Source: Eledone cirrhosa (lineage: Eukaryota). Taken from it: a stretch of 64,000 nucleotides of DNA. Made by a program: the position numbers and the translations under genes. Under the pieces are notes generated by a model, which was not told where the DNA came from, searched no databases, and was given only the letters and a program-made list of their open reading frames with translations. Shown piece after piece: positions 28,786-42,554 of the stretch. The DNA is taken from NCBI GenBank assembly GCA_964016885.1, contig OZ024754.1:37510001-37574000 (forward strand), in the 5' to 3' direction. Positions within the stretch are counted from its first letter, which is position 1; each line of letters starts with the position of its first letter.

Positions 28786-28821
28786 TCTTAACTTTTCGGA
28801 CGCTTGTCCTTCATCAGAAGA
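28786..28821 (-). ncRNA. Minimal hammerhead, family J
   Basis: TCTT-CTGATGA-a-ggac aagc gtcc-GAAA-ag-TT-AAGA; downstream sequence recurs inverted at 13271-13337. Confidence 0.6.
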
Positions 28822-29004
28822 AAGAATGAGAGATAAGATAGATTGAGGAGACGGGTGGAGGGGGGGGGGGGGGGGTTGTAAAAAATGTTTTTAGATAGAC
28901 ATAACAGGTCCATTCATGTTGACATATATATACATTATATCCTAGAAATCTATTCCATTCCATTATTCCAGTTCAGTTATATTTATAAACGTCTTTCATA
29001 CAGA

Positions 29005-29125
29005 TCCGCCGCCATATTCCACTATATTCCGCCACACTCCGCTATATTCCGCCATATTCCGTATATTTCGCCATATTCCGCCATATTCTGCTATATTCCG
29101 CTATGTTCCGCCATATTCCGCTATA
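29005..29125. repeat. 10-bp minisatellite (CCGCYATATT)n
   Basis: about 11 degenerate units. Confidence 0.85.
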
Positions 29126-29249
29126 ACATGTTTTAATGTCAGAACCTTCAAGGCCAATCAAGTCGTGCCAACACAATTAATCTTCTTCCAACTTTCAACA
29201 AATTTTTTATCGTCTGCTTTCACCTTGCAGCGTTCTTATACCGCTGTCG

Positions 29250-29980
29250 TAGGTGGTGGTGTGGTGGTGGTGGTGGTGATGGGGGCATGGTGGTGGTGGT
29301 ACGGTGATGGGGATATGGTGGTGGTGTGGTGGTGGTGGTGGTGATGGGGGCATGGTGGTGGTAATGGTGGTGGTACGGTGATGGGGGCATGGTGGTGGTG
29401 GTACGGTGATGGGGGTATGGTGGTGGTGTGGTGATGGTGGTGGTGGTGGTGGTGGTGGTACGGTGGTGGGGGTATGGTGGTGGTGTGGTGATGGTGGTGG
29501 TGGTGGTGGTGGTGGTACGGTGGTGGGGGTATGGTGGTGGTGTGGTGATGGTGGTGGTGGTTGCTGTTCTTGATTGTGGTGGTGATGATGATGGTGGTGA
29601 TGGGGATGGAGGTGGTGGTGGGTGGTGGTGGTGGTGGTGGTGGTAATGATGGTGGTGGTGGTGATGGTGGTGGTAGTGGTGGTGATGGTGGTGGTGGTGA
29701 TGGTGGTGATGGGGGTATGGTGGTGGTGGTGGTGGTGGCGGTGATGATGGTGGTGGTGGTGGTGGTGGTGGTGGTGGTGGTGGTGGTGGTGGTGGTGGCG
29801 GTGATGATGGTGATGGTGGTGGTGGTGGTGGTGGTGGTGGTGGTGATGGTGATGGTGGTGGTGGAGGTGATGATGGTGATGATGGTGATGGTGGTGGTGG
29901 TGATGGTGATGATGGTGATGATGGTGATGGTGGTGGTGGTGGTGGTGGTGGTGGTGGTGGTGATGGTGATGGTGGTGGTA
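29250..29980. repeat. (GGT/GAT)n low-complexity tract
   Basis: direct observation. Confidence 0.95.
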
Positions 29981-30131
29981 TTTGTAGTAATGATGTCTTT
30001 AACACACACACACGAATATAATTAGGTGGAGGGATCATCGTGGTGATTGTGATAATGATGACACTAAATGAGGGCGGCGGGGGGGGGGAGGGCTGATGTC
30101 AACTTCAAGACAGGAATATTATGGTGATAAG

Positions 30132-30376
30132 CAGGTATGTCAAACTGAGGGTCCCCCGAGGGCTACATGGGTCACATATATATATTGTCTGAGGGCCACA
30201 CACACCAGCTAATTGCACACATTACAACTAACTTTTATTTTATTTTATATTAGGAAGATAAAACATGCTCGCACTGTAAAAACCTTTGTGCGGGCCGCAG
30301 GTGGGCTTGTAATGGGCCACATGTGGTCTGCGGGCCACAGGTGGGCATGTAAAGGGCCGCATGTTTTACATACCTG
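30132..30376 (+). mobile_element. hAT-type MITE
   Basis: TIRs caggtatgtcaaac / gttttacatacctg; 8-bp TSD GTGATAAG. Confidence 0.85.
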
Positions 30377-30584
30377 GTGATAAGGACATAGGTGGTGTTG
30401 GTCGAGATGATGATGGTGTCGTCTTCAACACATGAATATGGTAGTGGTACCTATGATAGTGATGGTGAAGACATGGCCCCCATGCAACAGAAACTGCCTT
30501 GGGCCAGAGCACAAACTATAAGGAGACATTGAGTACTCTCTGATACTTCCAAAGTTCCAAATATGTCAGTTTAATACATGGATG

Positions 30585-30668
<84 letters not shown>

Positions 30669-30681
30669 AGTATAAAACATG

Positions 30682-30715
<34 letters not shown>

Positions 30716-30717
30716 AA

Positions 30718-31445
30718 TCATCATCATCATCGTTTAAGGTCCAGCTTCCACGCTAGCATGGGTTAGACGGTTTTGTTCCACTCGATGCAGGAATGGTCGG
30801 GAGACCATGTCTCGCTCGTACGGAAGTTTCTCTGGCAGGTTTTTTTTACAGCTGGATGCCCTTCCTAACACCAACCACATTTACAGCGTGGACTGGGGCC
30901 CTTTTCACCGTGTCTCCTACACGACCACCTTACAGTGTGGATTATTGTGTCATTGACAGTGGACGGAACGGGAGAGAGGGGATGGGGTAGGGTGTGACGG
31001 TGGGGTGTACATTAAGTTAAGAGGTGCCTACTGACTGTAGGTTTGTATGCAATGGTAGTCAGGTCTTCTGTACAACTGCATGGTGCCAAAGGTCTCGATC
31101 CAGTGTCATCTTCAAGACAGGAATATTATGGTGATAAGCAGGTATCTTAGAGAGTTGTAGGTGGGCAAGGTCAGTTTTTATCACAGTCGTCCCAGGTTTT
31201 TCTTGGTCTACCCACTCCGCAGCTTCTCCATCAATTTTCATTGCCCTGGACTTTATTATACAGCTCTCGTCCTTTCATACGCATCACATGTCCATACCAA
31301 CGCAATCTCCTCTCCAGAACACAACATTTGATTCCTCTTATGCTTAGTCTCCCTCTTAGTTCGTTTATGCTTCGGCTTTCGCGCACTTTACGATTACACA
31401 TCCATCGGAGCATGCAAGCTTCATTTCTTTCTAATCTACATGTTA
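30718..31445 (-). mobile_element. RTE LINE 3' portion with 3' UTR and (GAT)n tail
   Basis: RLERNEACMLRWMC..ERRLRWYGHVMRM and MTLDRDLW..QKT. Confidence 0.85.
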
Positions 31446-31450
31446 AGTGT

Positions 31451-31541
<91 letters not shown>

Positions 31542-31831
31542 TATCATCATCACCATCACCATCATTTTACGTCCACTTTTCCTTGCTTGCAAGGGTGGGA
31601 TGGATCTTCTTCAGCACAGCATCTCTCCATGCGTCACGGTCCCTCGTCATCTGCTCTGTGAGCTTCAGTATAAAACATGTATGTATATGTGTATATATAT
31701 ATGTATATATATATATGTGTGTGTGTGTGGGTGTGTGTGTGTCGATATAAAACAAGTATGTATATATGTATATGCCAGAATAATATATATATATACAGTA
31801 TATGTATATGTCCGTAAAAAAAACATGTATA

Positions 31832-31863
<32 letters not shown>

Positions 31864-31920
31864 TGATTTAAAACTGCACTATCCACAAGTGTTTTTTAGC
31901 CTTCATATCATGTTCTCCTG

Positions 31921-31987
31921 TTTTATCTGATGAAAACACAAATATTATTGCATGATGATGTTTGTTTTTGAAATGCGCATAATAAAA
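31921..31987 (+). ncRNA. Type I hammerhead, family K
   Basis: TTTTAT-CTGATGA-long stem II-GAAA-tgcgca-TA-ATAAAA. Confidence 0.7.
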
Positions 31988-32019
31988 TACATGGAACTCC
32001 TTTAACCATCTTTTGATCT

Positions 32020-32051
<32 letters not shown>

Positions 32052-33061
32052 TTGGTCTAAAACATGTATGTATGTCAGTTTAAAATATGTATGCACATAT
32101 ATATATATAGAAATATATATACCTCGACTGCGTTTGTCTGATTCTCTCTTACTGCTTCCCTGCGCTCTCTGTTTCTCTCACCTTCTTTCGCCCCCCCCCC
32201 CCCTGTCAGTTACACTTTTTCTCGACTGACCTCTTCCTCACACTTCCACTCACTCACTCTCTGTTTCTCCCCTTCTCACTTCCTCCCGTTTGGCTTGTAG
32301 TGGGATTCTTCTTGCTTACATCTCACACACATCGACACGGTCTGTACCTCTCTCGCTCAGGAAATCCACCTAGCTTATGCTGACCGGACAACCATGTTGC
32401 TTGTTTATTTTCCTATCTTCGGTTTGCTTTTATCCTTCTATGTTGTTTACTTGTCCCCCTCGCTTTACGCGATTTACTGGTCCCAATAACTTTTTTTAGT
32501 TATTGCTCGCACCAACCTGAGGTATCTGATTTTTAATGCGATGAAATACCAATGATGGTTGGAAAATCACTGACGAAGGACTATTTTTATCATATATATA
32601 TATATATACTGTATATATATATATACTGTATATATACTGTATATATATATACTCTATATTTATATATATCGTGTATGCTTGAGAGAGTATCAAACTAGAA
32701 ATATAGTATATGTCTCTAATGTAATTACTTCCACTGGGTTACTAATATATTTAAGATCAACTCTGAGGTCCACACACAAGAATCCTTCCCGATTATTCAA
32801 TGGAAAAACCATTGATCTTTTAGTTTGATTTTGTTACATCTAATCCAGGTTTTCTTTTGTTTCTATTTGTTTTCTTTAATATTTATTTTTGTTGTTGTTG
32901 TTTTTTGTGCTTTTTTGTTTGTTTGTTTGTTTGTTTTGTTGTTTTTTTTTTGTTGTTTTTTTTGCAAATTATATTTTGGCTTTCATTCAAGAAATATGAG
33001 TAGGATGTTTGAGCATCAAATTTATTGTCATTTTTTTCCATGTTGTAACAACTTCTTCTTT

Positions 33062-33246
33062 TAATGATGATGATGATGATGATGATGGTGATGACGATGA
33101 TAATGATGATGATGATGATGATGATGGTGGTGATGATGGTGACGATGATGATGATGATGATGGTGATGATGATGGTGATGACGACGATAATAATGATGAT
33201 GATGACGATGATTGATAATGATGATGATGATGATGATGATGATGAT
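33062..33246. repeat. (GAT)n microsatellite
   Basis: direct observation. Confidence 0.95.
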
Positions 33247-33620
33247 ACATTGATAAAAAATATATCAGTGCAGCATATTGCGAGAAGAGAGGTGGGAGGT
33301 GGAGGAGGGGGGGGGGGGAAGTAAAAGTGCCTCTGTTGTCTTTGATCTTCTTATTGAATTCAAAGAATCGATCTGATCGCAGACAAACTGCAAAAGTATA
33401 ACATCTAATCAAAGACGAGACATCAGAACTTCAAAGGTATTTTGAAATCGAACACTCGTTTAAAACTAAATGTAGGTGGGTCTTTAGAAGTGGAATGGGC
33501 GGGAGCATAGATAAAGAGCCGTATATAATAATGTGTGATGGAAAGAGAGAGAGATAAAGATAGATATATATATAGAGAGAGAGATAAAAAGAGAGTGAGA
33601 GAGAGATAGAGAGAGTGAGA

Positions 33621-33815
<195 letters not shown>

Positions 33816-33894
33816 CTAAAAAGTAAAATAGAAAATGCTGAACAGAGTGTTTATTCACACACATACATACATCCACACACACACTCATATATAT

Positions 33895-34670
33895 AACAAA
33901 GGAAATGTGGTAAGGAACCAGATGGACCATAACGCACCAGAGTACTCAATACTTAGGGTAGTAGAGTGGGTATTAGGAAAAAGTTTAACCCCGACGGCAG
34001 AGCTCAAGACGTTTCGACGGCTATTTTTGGATTCTGGAGTCTAGAAATAGCCGTCGAAACGGCACAAGGCCAGAATTTGGGGGAGGGGGATGTCGATTAA
34101 ATCGACCCCAGTGTGTGACTGGTACTTTATTTTATCGACCCCGTAAGGATGAAAGGCAAAGTTAACCTCGGCGAGATTTGAACTCAGATCATAAAGAGCC
34201 ATAACTCTATGCTGCAAAGCATGGCGTCCGACCCTCTCCCGATACTGCCAATCAACCACCCTCATGTTTTATTAATAATAAAACAAAAATAATTGTTTCT
34301 ACTTTTGGCACAAGGCCAGCAATTACCCAGTACATTACTGGTACTTTATTTTATCGACCTCGTAAGGATGAAAGGCAAAGTCAACCTCGGCGGGATTTGA
34401 ACTCAGATCGTAAAGGGAAGTAACTATGCCGGAAAGCATGTCCGACCCTCTACCGATACTGCCAATTCACCGCCCTAAAAATAATTGTTTCTACTTTTAG
34501 CACAAGGCCAGCAAATATACCAGTGTATTACTGGTACTCTATTTTATCGACCCCGTAAGGATGAAAGGCAAAGTTAACCTCGGCGGGATTTGAACTCAGA
34601 TCGTAAAGGGAAGTAACTATGCCGGAAAGCATGTCCGACCCTCTACCGATACTGCCAATTCACCGCCCTA
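33895..34670. mobile_element. Family C cassette fused to three tandem Meta-type SINEs (minus)
   Basis: junction tagccgtcgaaac|ggcacaaggcc at about 34060. Confidence 0.8.
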
Positions 34671-34994
34671 AAAATAATATTTGATTAAAATATGTTTTAT
34701 AACCCCACTAAAAAATGTTTCTCCTCAGTAAAGAACTAACATCCATGAAAGAATTTTATACACATGTATCATTTATCGGCAATATGGCCCATGTAGGCTT
34801 CAGTATTGTTTAATAAAATAGAAATTCTCTGATCATTATTTTACAAATGTATTTATCTTTTTTTTTTAAATTCATATTAGGGGTCTGGAGGATTTAAAAT
34901 TATAAATTTAGTGATCCGTGAGGTCTGAAAGATTGGTGCCCACTGCTCTCGGTCTAAATGAAGTTGTACAGAAAAGGAAAAAACAACTGTACGG

Positions 34995-36058
34995 GCAACA
35001 TGTTTTGTGTCATATAGTTATGGTCCTTTACGTTCTGAGTTCAAATCTTGCCTAGGGTTAACTTTGCTTTTCATTCTTAAGGGGTTGATAAAATAAAGTA
35101 CCAGTAATGTACTGGGGTAATTGCTGGTCTTGTGCCAAAAGTAGAAACAACTATGCAGTAAATACTAAGACTGCATTCACCCAAACTGTGCAGCATGTTT
35201 AGTATTTCATTTTGATAGTTGATATTTCTATGGCCTCTAATTGTGGCCTCATGGTAAAGGGGGTTGGGCTTATGATCATAATGTTGTGGATTCTATTCTT
35301 GTTCTTGGTTCTGTGTTATGTTCTTGAGCAAAACACTTCATTCTATGTTGCTCCAGTATACTCAGCTTAAAATCAGTACCAGCAATAGCTGGGGGGTTCA
35401 AACCTGTGATGGTTTGGCATCCTGTCCAGGGGGGAAGTCCTGTACTCTCAGTCACTTAACACCACAAAAGCTGGGATAACCACCTGAAGAACTTCCGGGC
35501 TCAAGATAAACTTTTGACTTTTTAAGACCCCCTTAAATCCTTCTTCTCCTACCATATATCTCACCATATTAGTTAAAGACCTGACACAGTTCTTTGCTTC
35601 ACTTTTCTACTTCTTCAAGTTCCTTTCATAAAGACTACAATGTGACAATCTAGCATTATTTCTGGTGGATTGGCAGTATCGGTAGACGGTTGGATGCCAT
35701 GCTTTGCAGCATAGAGTTACGGCTCTTTACGGTCTGAGTTCAAATCCCGCCGAGGTTAACTTTGCCTTTCATCCTTACGGGGTCGATAAAATAAAGTACC
35801 AGTAATGCACTGGGATATTTGCTGGCCTTGTGCCAAAAAGTAGAAGCAATTATTCCTTATTGTCATGACAGTGGATTGGCAGTATCGGTAGGAGGTCAGA
35901 CACCATGATTTACAGCATAGAGTTACGGCCCTTTGCGGTCTGAGTTCAAATCCCGCTGAGGTTAACTTTGCCCTTCATCATTACGGGGTCGATAAAATAA
36001 AGTACCAGTAATGCACTGGGGTAATTGGTGGCATTGTGCCAAAAGTAGAAACAATTAT
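34995..36058 (+). mobile_element. SINE cluster: Meta-type (34995-35152, 35663-35853, 35871-36058) and CORE-type (35245-35520)
   Basis: recognisable heads and cores. Confidence 0.8.
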
Positions 36059-36321
36059 TTCTTATTGTCATCCTTAACACAAATCCTCCCTCTCTTCCCC
36101 TATTTCATCTCCTCCTACTTATTCTATATTTATTCCGGTATATTCTGCAATACTAATAGACAAGAAGCCAATCATGTGCTTCCGTCTAAAGACTGCCCAA
36201 CCATGAAGTGGTCAGTTTTATCCTATCTAATTCATTCTGTTAAATAGACTGGCTAGACGTTGAGGAAACCCCAGTATAGTAAAGAACTGTTTCAAACGAA
36301 ATACTTGATTATACTCTAGCC

Positions 36322-36762
36322 CAGAAGTTCTCAAACCTTTTGGGCCACTACCCCCCCCCCCCCCCTCACGGCCACGTAATACCCTCAGTGCCTCCAACCC
36401 TATTCATAAAGAGACCTGCCTACACGCAAATTGTAAATAATATATAATTAAAAAAATCGATAATTTATATATTCTATATAATATAATTGTTTCTACTTTA
36501 GGCACAAGGCCAGCAATTATCCAGTGCATTACTGGTCTATATAATATAATATATACTATGTATAAATAAATATTATATATTTTTAAATTTTACTATATAT
36601 ATATATTTATATATAATATGATAATATGTATCATTTGATATCTAATACACTATTATATTATCTCTATTACCCTCACTTCTCCCCTTAGGCCCAATGCCCC
36701 CTGGACTTTCTCAACACTCCGCATGGGGGGGGGGGCATTAGCGCCCACTTTGAGAACCTCTG
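36322..36762. mobile_element. hAT-type MITE
   Basis: TIRs cagaagttctcaaa / tttgagaacctctg; TSD degenerate. Confidence 0.6.
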
Positions 36763-37610
36763 GTCCAGCATGTAATTGAATATTACATACATATCATAAC
36801 TACCTATATTCAAGAATGTCTACTTGGTTTCCTTTCTCGGTCAAATTTGTTTTACTCCTCTACAATGTTAATGAACGTGGATAATGCATAAATGCTACAA
36901 ACTCAGTCCATCTTACATATATCACTTAGCTGCGATTTACAAGAATTAGTATTCATTTCTGAAACATCACAAGACAAGAGAAGATATTTATTGCTTATTT
37001 TTGCTCTTAAACTGAACATTCGCATCTCAAGAGAGAAATATTTAAATATTTATATTTCTCAATAGCTGTCGGACTGTAGTAATTGTCTATTAAATCAACT
37101 TGCATTTAAGTTATGACAATTCTAAGGAACATCTATAAATCGTTTAAAAATAGACTGTTAAACTGAAAATTCTTAGTAAAATGGGATTTAACAAAGAAAA
37201 ATCAAAATTGAACGAAAGCGTAAGAAAGCGTGGACGGGTTGATGCACTGATTTCCAAAGTGGGTACTACAACACTCTTGAGGCCACTGGGGGATTCAACA
37301 GGTGCATTGGGGGTGGGTAAAGGGTGTAGCAGATATTGTTTGAATGCTAGAGTGGGTAGCAGGAGTTATTGTTAGGCGAGTATTAGTGTGGAATGAATGG
37401 AGAAACGAAGACAAATGTGTAGTTGCTCATAAAAATATCTCCTAGTTATACAATAAATGCTTAAATAAAAAAAAAACTATTAAAATTAATATTGTTATAC
37501 TTGGGAGGGTCATGTTGCCAATAAAAACACACGCTCCTGTTAGTTTTCACTTCAATTTATTATAAATTTCCGGTTGGTTGGTTTCATAACTGGAAGGTTG
37601 TTTATATATT

Positions 37611-37653
37611 GTCAAAGCTCTTTCGTCACACATTCTGAGACCTCCTCAGTGAC
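37611..37653 (-). ncRNA. Minimal hammerhead, family G, in cassette 37490-37710
   Basis: GTCA-CTGAGGA-ggtctcagaatgtgtgac-GAAA-gagc-TT-TGAC. Confidence 0.6.
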
Positions 37654-38189
37654 TAGATTTTTATTTTGTGTGTTTCTCCTTTGTTCTGTCTTACACCATC
37701 TTGTTTTTTGGGGGAGTTTTTTCAGAGTATATTTTCTTTTTCAAACTTATTAAATCCACTCTCTAAACGTTGGCACTAGTGTGAAAAACTTTGGAAAGCT
37801 CTGGGTAAAATACTCAAGAGTTTGTATCTCTTCTTCAAATACGAACAAGGTAATAAGTTAATAAGTTTGAAGAATTTGACAAGTACCTTCTACTGTAGCC
37901 TCAAATCATCCTGTTGTATGAAGGGCACATGTTCTTTGCTAGTATACCTAATCTGTAGCCTTGTTATAACACCACCACCTGGCATTCATACCAGGTCCCA
38001 ATCTGTCAAAACTTAAGTCTTTTTTTCATTTATCTCGCCAGTCTTGGAAACTCTACAAAAAAGTCATAGGCCCTTCTTGTGATAAAACCCAAGAACTCAC
38101 TATAACTAATTTAATTTACCTTACTTTGTATGGGTAACAGGAACGGGTAGAGTTTAATGCTCTGCAAGCAGATGCACTGAACAATTAAT

Positions 38190-38382
38190 ACGGTGAATTG
38201 GCAGTATCAGTAGAGAGTCAGACACCATGCTTTACAGCACAACAGAGTTGTGGCCCTTTACGTTCTGCGTTCAAATCCCGCCGAGGTTAACTTTGCCTTT
38301 CATCCTTATGAGGGTCAATAAAATAAGGTACCAGTAATGCACTGGGTGATTGCTGGCCTTGTGCCAAAAGTAGAAACAATTA
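38190..38382 (+). mobile_element. Meta-type SINE
   Basis: full copy. Confidence 0.8.
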
Positions 38383-39419
38383 ATATATTTTGATTAAATA
38401 AAAGAGTCCATTTTCCAACTGAAAAGATATTACAAATAGAATCAACATGAGAGTATCATTACTTATTTAGATTATTGACTTTGGAGAAATAATAACAGGA
38501 CAGAATCTCGGCAGGATTCTGAGGGAAGAAGAGCGAAAAATATTTGTATAATACCTCGAAATATTTACTCTGATTTTGTACCGCATCGAAAAAAGTCCTC
38601 CTTAATTGGAATGTTATGTAACCTACGTGTGGTTGTTAGCTTTCACAGCTCAATATATATTCTCATATGGGATTGGATCTCACTTTCATCATGTTCAATG
38701 AAATCCATTAACAGTTTACATGGTAAATGAATAAATATATCCATTTTGTCCAGAGCTATTAAAAAAATTATTATTATTGTCATTGTCGTTGTCTCGGTAA
38801 CATGATCAATAGATCGATAAATCAATAGCATCGTTACTACTCACGTGGTAAGATTATCATCATCATCATCATCATCATCATCACCGTTTTACGTCCGTTC
38901 TTCCACGCTAGCATGGGTTAATGTATTTATAACATTACATGTGGTAGGTAATGGGTAAAATCATGGGTGGAGGTGGTGAGAGCTGACCTCAGATCGCTGA
39001 ATCTCAAAGAGGAGATGACGAAGGGCCATGACAAATGGAGAGATGCTGTACTGAATAGGACCCGTCCCACCCTTGTAAGCAGGGAAAAGTGGACGTATGA
39101 TGATGATGATGATGATTGTGCTCAAATAGAGACATACCAATAAACTTCTAAGAGTTTACACATTACAAATTAGCTTTAGTTTAATAAAACTTTATTCCAC
39201 ATGTTACTGTCATAAATGAAACCTAAGGGTTAGTCCACCTCGTGGAGAGTATCCAGGAAACTTTTCCTGGAGGGTGGCGAGGGAAACAGGCTGGACAGCC
39301 ACTCCAACTCACGAGACTCACACTACTTGTGATTTCATCTTTACCAATCATCCATGCTAAAAAGAATAGCGATGAGATGTGGTTATAATTATTTATACCG
39401 ATGTTAACTATAGGATATA

Positions 39420-40212
39420 CAGGGTGGGCCAGAATTCCTGACTCACTTGTTAGTTATATTTCTTAACATGCTTATTTTATTGTTACTGTATTGTTTTAAT
39501 TTATTAGTTTATTTCTTGATTGTTCATGATCTTATGCCTGTATCTGGTATTATATTCCTTAACTTGTTTTATAACATTTTGTGTTAATAGATCACTTAGA
39601 ATTTGCATCACCAGTCTGGAACCCCTATCTTGCTCAGAACATTGACCTCCTGGAAACTGTTCAGAGACGTGCAACCAAGTAAATACCCTCCATCAGGCAT
39701 CTACCATACTCTGAACGCCTTGCTTCCCTGGACATGGATATATTGAAGCTCCGACATCTAGCAACTGACTTGGTAAACACCCACAAAATTATTAACCATC
39801 TTGCCAACAACAACCCTGAGCACCTTTTTGATTTCCATGTGTCTAACACATGTGGGCATGCCTACAAAGTCAGAAAACAGCACAGCTCCCATGACTTTCG
39901 AAAACATTTTTCCACGCTCAGAGTTGCTGAAGCATGAAACAAACTACCTGCATCAGTTATTAGCTGTCGAGACACTGCATCCTTTAAAACCTCCATGCTT
40001 CCTGAGATTCGCCAACACTATACCTGATATCCCCTTCCATACACACGCACACATGTATTTCATGACTCGCACACTGTTCATTTTCCTGACATTATTCTAT
40101 GTACTATACATGCACCTCTGATGAGTTGTAGTGCACCTGAGCACTGTACACAATAATTTCATTATTATTATATATAAATAATCAAGTGAGTCATGAATTC
40201 TGGCCCACCCTG
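39420..40212. mobile_element. Tc1/mariner-type MITE
   Basis: TA-cagggtgggccagaattcctgactcacttg ... caagtgagtcatgaattctggcccaccctg-TA. Confidence 0.85.
39598..40170 (+). mobile_element. CR1-group LINE 3' end nested in the MITE
   Basis: FASPVWNPYLAQNIDLLETVQRRATK..LPYSERL..GHAYKV..FRKHF..RV; (ATT)n tail. Confidence 0.85.
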
Positions 40213-40794
40213 TATCTACTTACATCGCTCTTCAATGTTAACACAATATTACCCTTGCAATGGCGGCATACAAATTAAGTCCATTTCAACAAGAAAGTCG
40301 ACACGTTAACACTGCCACCAACATCTTCTCCCACCATTGTACTTGTCAATAAATTCCACCACCACCATTAAATTATTTTACACTTCTGTTCCGTGTGAGA
40401 GTATCTTTAACAACATTCCAAGGTCCTAATTTGATGTCATTACCAGGAAAATTGTAGAAAATTCCACACAGACAATATGGCTGTTAGTTCAGTTATATTC
40501 ATTCTATGCACAAGTCATTTATTTATAGTTCTATAAGTTATCTACTAAATTAAATTACCATAAATTGTTCCATTCTAATGATATATTGATATGATCAGTT
40601 TAATATTAGAAATTCCGATATGAATGCGTTTTTTTAATATTCAAAACAATTTGCACACATGCCCACACATGCATACACAGTTACTCACAAATATGAACAA
40701 AGATATATATATATATGTGTGTGTATGTGTGTTTGTGTGTTTGTGTGTGTTTGTGTGTGTAATTTCACATTTTTATATATATATATATATATAT

Positions 40795-40916
40795 ACATCA
40801 GTGTGTGTATATCTATACATCAGTGTGTATATTCCTGTACACCAGTGTGTATATATCTATACACCAGTGTATATATATATCTATACATCAGTGTATATAT
40901 ATATACATATACATCA

Positions 40917-40950
<34 letters not shown>

Positions 40951-41208
40951 CAGTGTATATATATATATATATATACAGCAGTGTGTATATATCTATACAT
41001 CAGTGTATATATATGTATACATCAGTGTATATATATATACACCAGTGTATATATATATATACACCAGTGTGTATATATCTATGCATTAGTGTATATATAT
41101 ATCTATACACACTGGTGTATAGATATATATATACACCAGTGTATATATATATCTATACACCAGTGTATATATATATCTATACACCAGTGTGTATATATCT
41201 ATACATTA

Positions 41209-41246
<38 letters not shown>

Positions 41247-41372
41247 TGGTGTATAGATATATATATACACCAGTGTATATATATATCTATACACCAGTGT
41301 GTATATATATATACATCAGTGTATATAAACGTATACATCAGTGTATATATATATATATATATATATATACAC

Positions 41373-41424
<52 letters not shown>

Positions 41425-41470
41425 CAGTATGTATATATCTATACATCAGTGTATATATACGTATACATCA

Positions 41471-41506
<36 letters not shown>

Positions 41507-41560
41507 CAGTGTATATATATATCTATGCACCAGTGTGTATATATCTATACATTAGTGTAT
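40795..41560. repeat. Compound minisatellite (TA)n-ACACCAGTGT
   Basis: roughly 30 units of variable TA length, two of them inverted (acactggtgt). Confidence 0.9.
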
Positions 41561-41657
41561 TTAACTGCTGCCACAAAGTTTGAATATTTTTGATAATATA
41601 AAATGCAATTTTCCTAAATCTGTAAAATTAAATTTAGCTTTCCACTACATTGTTAAA

Positions 41658-42225
41658 TGTGCAGTAATATGTAGTGCAGCCAGGTGTGGTGCAGTGATGT
41701 CTGGTGCAGTCATATGTGGATTGCTCCTATATGGTGCAGCCAGGTGTGGTGCAGTAATGTCTGGTGCAGTCATATGTGGATTGGTCCTATATGGTGCAGC
41801 CAGGTGTGGTGCAGTAATGCCTGGTGCAGTCATATGTGGATTGGTCCTATATGGTGTAGTCAGGTGTGGTGCAGTCAGGTTCAGTGCAGTGATGTGCACT
41901 AATATGTGGATTGGTCCTATCTGGTGCAGTAAGATGTAATGTAGTAACATCTGGTGCAGTCATGTTTAGTACAGTAATGTCTGGTACTCTAATATGTGGA
42001 TTGGTCCTATATGGTGCAGCCAGGTGTGGTGCAGTAATGTTTGGTGTAGTCATATCTGGTGTTCTAATATCTGGTGCAATCATATGTGGTGCAGTAATAT
42101 GTGGTGCAGTCAGGTGAGGTGCAGTCAGGTGTGATGCAATCATATGAGGTGCAGTAATATGTGGTGCAGTCAGGTGTGGTGCAGTCATATCTGGTGCAGT
42201 AATATCAGGTGAGGTGCAGTAATGT
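41658..42225. repeat. 15-bp minisatellite with 60-bp higher-order period
   Basis: ggtgcagtcatatgt variants. Confidence 0.9.
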
Positions 42226-42554
42226 CTGTTTTTATTTAAGTAACTAAACCACAAAATAAACAAACAAGCAATTATGTAGACTATTGTTTATTGATTATTG
42301 AACTTCAGTAAGTGGTCTGTGAAAACAACAGTAAAAGTCAATAAATTTGATTAAATTTGTTAAACTGGAGGATTTCTATTAAAACTATTTCAGTCTTACT
42401 GTAGCTTTCCAGCATAGAGTTGCGTCCCTTGCCATTCTGTGTTCAAATCCCGCCGAGGTTAACTTTACTTTTCATCCTTTTGGGGTCAATAAAATAAAGT
42501 ACCAGTAATACACTGGGCTAATTGCTGGCCTTGTGCCAAAAGTAGAAACAATTA

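Noticed and set aside
29220-30038. Pro/His/Thr-rich extensin- or mucin-like ORFs
   Set aside because: Open in several frames because of a (GGT/GAT)n tract; no unique coding context.
35663-35760. tRNA genes
   Set aside because: A/B-box sequences are SINE heads that continue into SINE cores; no proper cloverleaf.
41580-42263. GAV/TAP pentapeptide-repeat ORFs
   Set aside because: 15-bp minisatellite open on both strands; no exon support.
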